A stretch of 64,000 bases of DNA from positions 5,270,001-5,334,000 of the forward strand of contig OZ024766.1 in the NCBI GenBank assembly GCA_964016885.1, given 5' to 3'. Shown here one piece after another: positions 61,083 to 64,000 of this stretch. Position numbers and translations under genes: made by a program. Numbering within the stretch: position 1 is the stretch's first letter; each line of letters opens with the position of its first letter. This DNA is from Eledone cirrhosa. Taxonomy: Eukaryota. A model generated the notes under the pieces. It was not told where the DNA came from. It saw nothing but the letters and a program-made list of their open reading frames with translations, and searched no databases.

Positions 61083-61647
61083 GGTGTTAAGTGACTGAGA
61101 GTACAAGACTTCCTCCTGGACAGGACACCAGTCCATCACAGGGTTAAAGTCTGTCTTAGTTTCATTGGTGTTAAGTGACTGAGAGTACAAGACTTCCCCC
61201 TGGACAGGACACCAGTCTATCACAGGGTTAAAGTCTGTCTTAGTTTCATTGGTGTTAAGTGACTGAGAGTACAAGACTTCCCCCTGGACAGGACACCAGT
61301 CCATCACAGGGTTAAAGTCTGTCTTAGTTTCATTGGCGTTAAGTGACTGAGAGTACAAGACTTCCCCCTGGACAGGACACCAGTCCATCACAGGGTTAAA
61401 GTATGTCTTAGTTTCATTGGTGTTAAGTGACTGAGAGTACAAGACTTCCCCCTGGACAGGACACCAGTCCATCACAGGGTTAAAGTATGTCTTAGTTTCA
61501 TTGGTGTTAAGTGACTGAGAGTACAAGACTTCCCCCTGGACATGACACCAGTCCATCACAGGGTTAAAGTATGTCTTAGTTTCATTGGTGTTAAGTGACT
61601 GAGAGTACAAGACTTCCCCCTGGACATGACACCAGTCCATCACAGGG
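61083..61647. repeat. 84-bp tandem repeat (~7 copies), probably SINE-derived
   Basis: Minus strand cctgtgatggactggtgtcctgtccagggggaag resembles a SINE central domain; 84-nt period. Confidence 0.88.
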
Positions 61648-61824
61648 GTGTGTGTCTGGTTGCCGTGTATGTAGAAAGACACCACCGCCACCATCATTAA
61701 CTGTACATCACATCAATAGTTCCCCCACTCTCCACCCGGCCCTATAATCTGTACAACAGATCATATCAATAGCTCCCAGTCTTGTAACCTGTTGTACAAT
61801 ACAACACATAAAAAAAAACCCATT

Positions 61825-63062
61825 CTCCGGGGCCTATAAACTGTATATTAAAATCAACCAATAACCCCCACTCCCACCATCCTTCGCTGGGGCCCTATAA
61901 GCTGTATATGACCTCACATCAGTAAACCCCGCTTCTCCGGGCCCTATAATCTGCATATTACATCAAAATCAACCAATAACCCCCCCCCCCCATCCTTCGC
62001 TGGGGCCCTATAACCTGCATATTACATCAAAATCAACCAATAACCCCCCACTCCCCCCATCCTTCGCTGGGGCCCTATAACCTGCATATTACATTAAAAT
62101 CAACCAATAACCCCCACTCCCACCATCCTTCGCTGGGGCCCTATAAGCTGTATATGACCTCACATCAGTAAACCCCGCTTCTCCGGGCCCTATAACCTGC
62201 ATATTACATCAAAATCAACCAATAACCCCCCACTCCCCTCATCCTTCGCTGGGGCCCTATAACCTGCATATTACATCAAAATCAACCAATAGCCCCCCCC
62301 CCCCCCCATCCTTCGCTGGGGCCCTATAACCTGCATATTACATCAAAATCAACCAATAACCCCCCACTCCCCTCATCCTTCGCTGGGGCCCTATAACCTG
62401 CATATTACATCAAAATCAACCAATAACCCCCCACTCCCCTCATCCTTCGCTGGGGCCCTATAACCTGCATATTACATCAAAATCAACCAATAACCCCCCC
62501 CACTCCCCCCATCCTTCGCTGGGGCCCTATAACCTGCATATTACATCAAAATCAACCAATAGCCCCCCACTCCCCCCATCCTTCGCTGGGGCCCTATAAC
62601 CTGCATATTACATCAAAATCAACCAATAACCCCCCACTCCCCTCATCCTTCGCTGGGGCCCTATAACCTGCATATTACATCAAAATCAACCAATAACCCC
62701 CCACTCCCCTCATCCTTCGCTGGGGCCCTATAACCTGCATATTACATCAAAATCAACCAATAACCCCCCCCCACTCCCCTCATCCTTCGCTGGGGCCCTA
62801 TAACCTGCATATTACATCAAAATCAACCAATAACCCCCCACTCCCCTCATCCTTCGCTGGGGCCCTATAACCTGCATATTACATCAAAATCAACCAATAA
62901 CCCCCCACTCCCCTCATCCTTCGCTGGAGCCCTATAACCTGCATATTACATCAAAATCAACCAATAACCCCACCACCCTCCTTCGCTGGGGCCCTATAAC
63001 CTGCATATTACATCAAAATCAACCAATAACCCCACCACCCTCCTTCGCTGAGGCCCCTATAA
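61825..63062. repeat. ~67-bp C-rich tandem repeat
   Basis: ggggccctataacctgcatattacatcaaaatcaaccaataaccccccactcccctcatccttcgct. Confidence 0.92.
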
Positions 63063-63075
63063 TATGTATATGACA

Positions 63076-63360
63076 TCACAACAAAAGCTCTTCCCCTTTT
63101 CCCGGCCCATTAACCTGGACAGTCTCCAGTCGGTTGACCACGAAGTTGGTTGTGTCAATGAACCTCTCCACACAGTTAGTGATACAAGTCTCTGTCTTGT
63201 TGTCCAGCTTCTGTCCAGTTCTCTCCACGCAGGTGTCCCAGCATTGTTCGGTCAAACTGTGGACCAGTTGCTGGAATTTCTGTCTCTGGGTTTCAACCTC
63301 CAGGAATCGCTGGACATGAGAGTCCTTGAGGACGTCTGTCGGCGACGAAGCAGACGACAT
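63076..63360 (-). CDS. TIMM8A: Mitochondrial import inner membrane translocase subunit Tim8 (small Tim, twin CX3C), 94 aa
   Basis: MSSASSPTD...QRFLEVETQRQKFQQLVHSLTEQCWDTC...KLDNKTETCITNCVERFIDTTNFVVNRL; ATG at 63360. Confidence 0.9.
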   Translation of the reverse strand: MSSASSPTDVLKDSHVQRFLEVETQRQKFQQLVHSLTEQCWDTCVERTGQKLDNKTETCITNCVERFIDTTNFVVNRLETVQVNGPGKGEELLL

Positions 63361-63361
63361 T

Positions 63362-63387
63362 GTGAGAAGAGAGAGTGGAGATAGAGT

Positions 63388-63418
<31 letters not shown>

Positions 63419-63685
63419 TGAGAGAGATGGAGATAGAGATAGATGGAGAGAGAGTGAGAGAGATGGAGAGAGAGATAGAGATAGAGTGAGAGAGATGGAG
63501 AGAGAGAGAGAAAGAATAAGAGATAGATAGGTAGATCGATGGAGCGAGTTTGTGGTGGTGGTGTGTTTATATATATATATATATATGTATGTGTATATCT
63601 ATATATGTGTGTATATATATACATGTGTGTGTGTGTGTATGTATGTGTATGTATGTATATATATATATGTATCTATGTATGTAGG

Positions 63686-63716
<31 letters not shown>

Positions 63717-63969
63717 ATTTATGTATGCGTATATATATGTGTGTATCTATGTATATGTGTATGTATGTGTATATATATATATATATATATCTATTATGTG
63801 GGTATATATATATGTGTGTGTATCTATATATGTGTGTATGTATGTATGTATATATATATATGTATCTATGTATGTGGGTATATATATATATATGTGTGTG
63901 TATTTATGTATGCGTATATATATGTGTGTATCTATGTATATTATGTGTAGTTATGTATGTGTATATATA

Positions 63970-64000
<31 letters not shown>
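63362..64000. repeat. (GA)n, then (TA)/(TG) microsatellites
   Basis: Direct inspection. Confidence 0.9.

Noticed and set aside
63064-63384. Plus-strand 106-aa ORF
   Set aside because: Antisense shadow of TIMM8

Overview
Eukaryotic, microsatellite- and satellite-rich genomic DNA, most likely a cephalopod (Octopus-type; inferred from SINE families and (TA)n/(CA)n density). Three protein-coding genes can be rebuilt by hand. (1) A two-exon, secreted, bacterial-type M4 (vibriolysin/LasB-like) zinc metalloprotease, + strand, join(1573..1621,8412..10255), about 630 aa. (2) A 13-coding-exon DD3-3-like secreted protein, + strand, 23933..59132, about 658 aa, with all intron phases consistent. (3) An intronless TIMM8-type small Tim chaperone, - strand, 63076..63360. 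The rest is tandem repeats, tRNA-derived SINEs, RTE/CR1/mariner fragments and a non-autonomous Helitron. There is also a set of palindromic (foldback) elements, several carrying minimal Penelope-type hammerhead ribozyme motifs in outward-facing inverted pairs. At least 8 convincing motifs are present, 5 of them in one DD3-3 intron. Almost all long ORFs in the supplied track are microsatellite artefacts.
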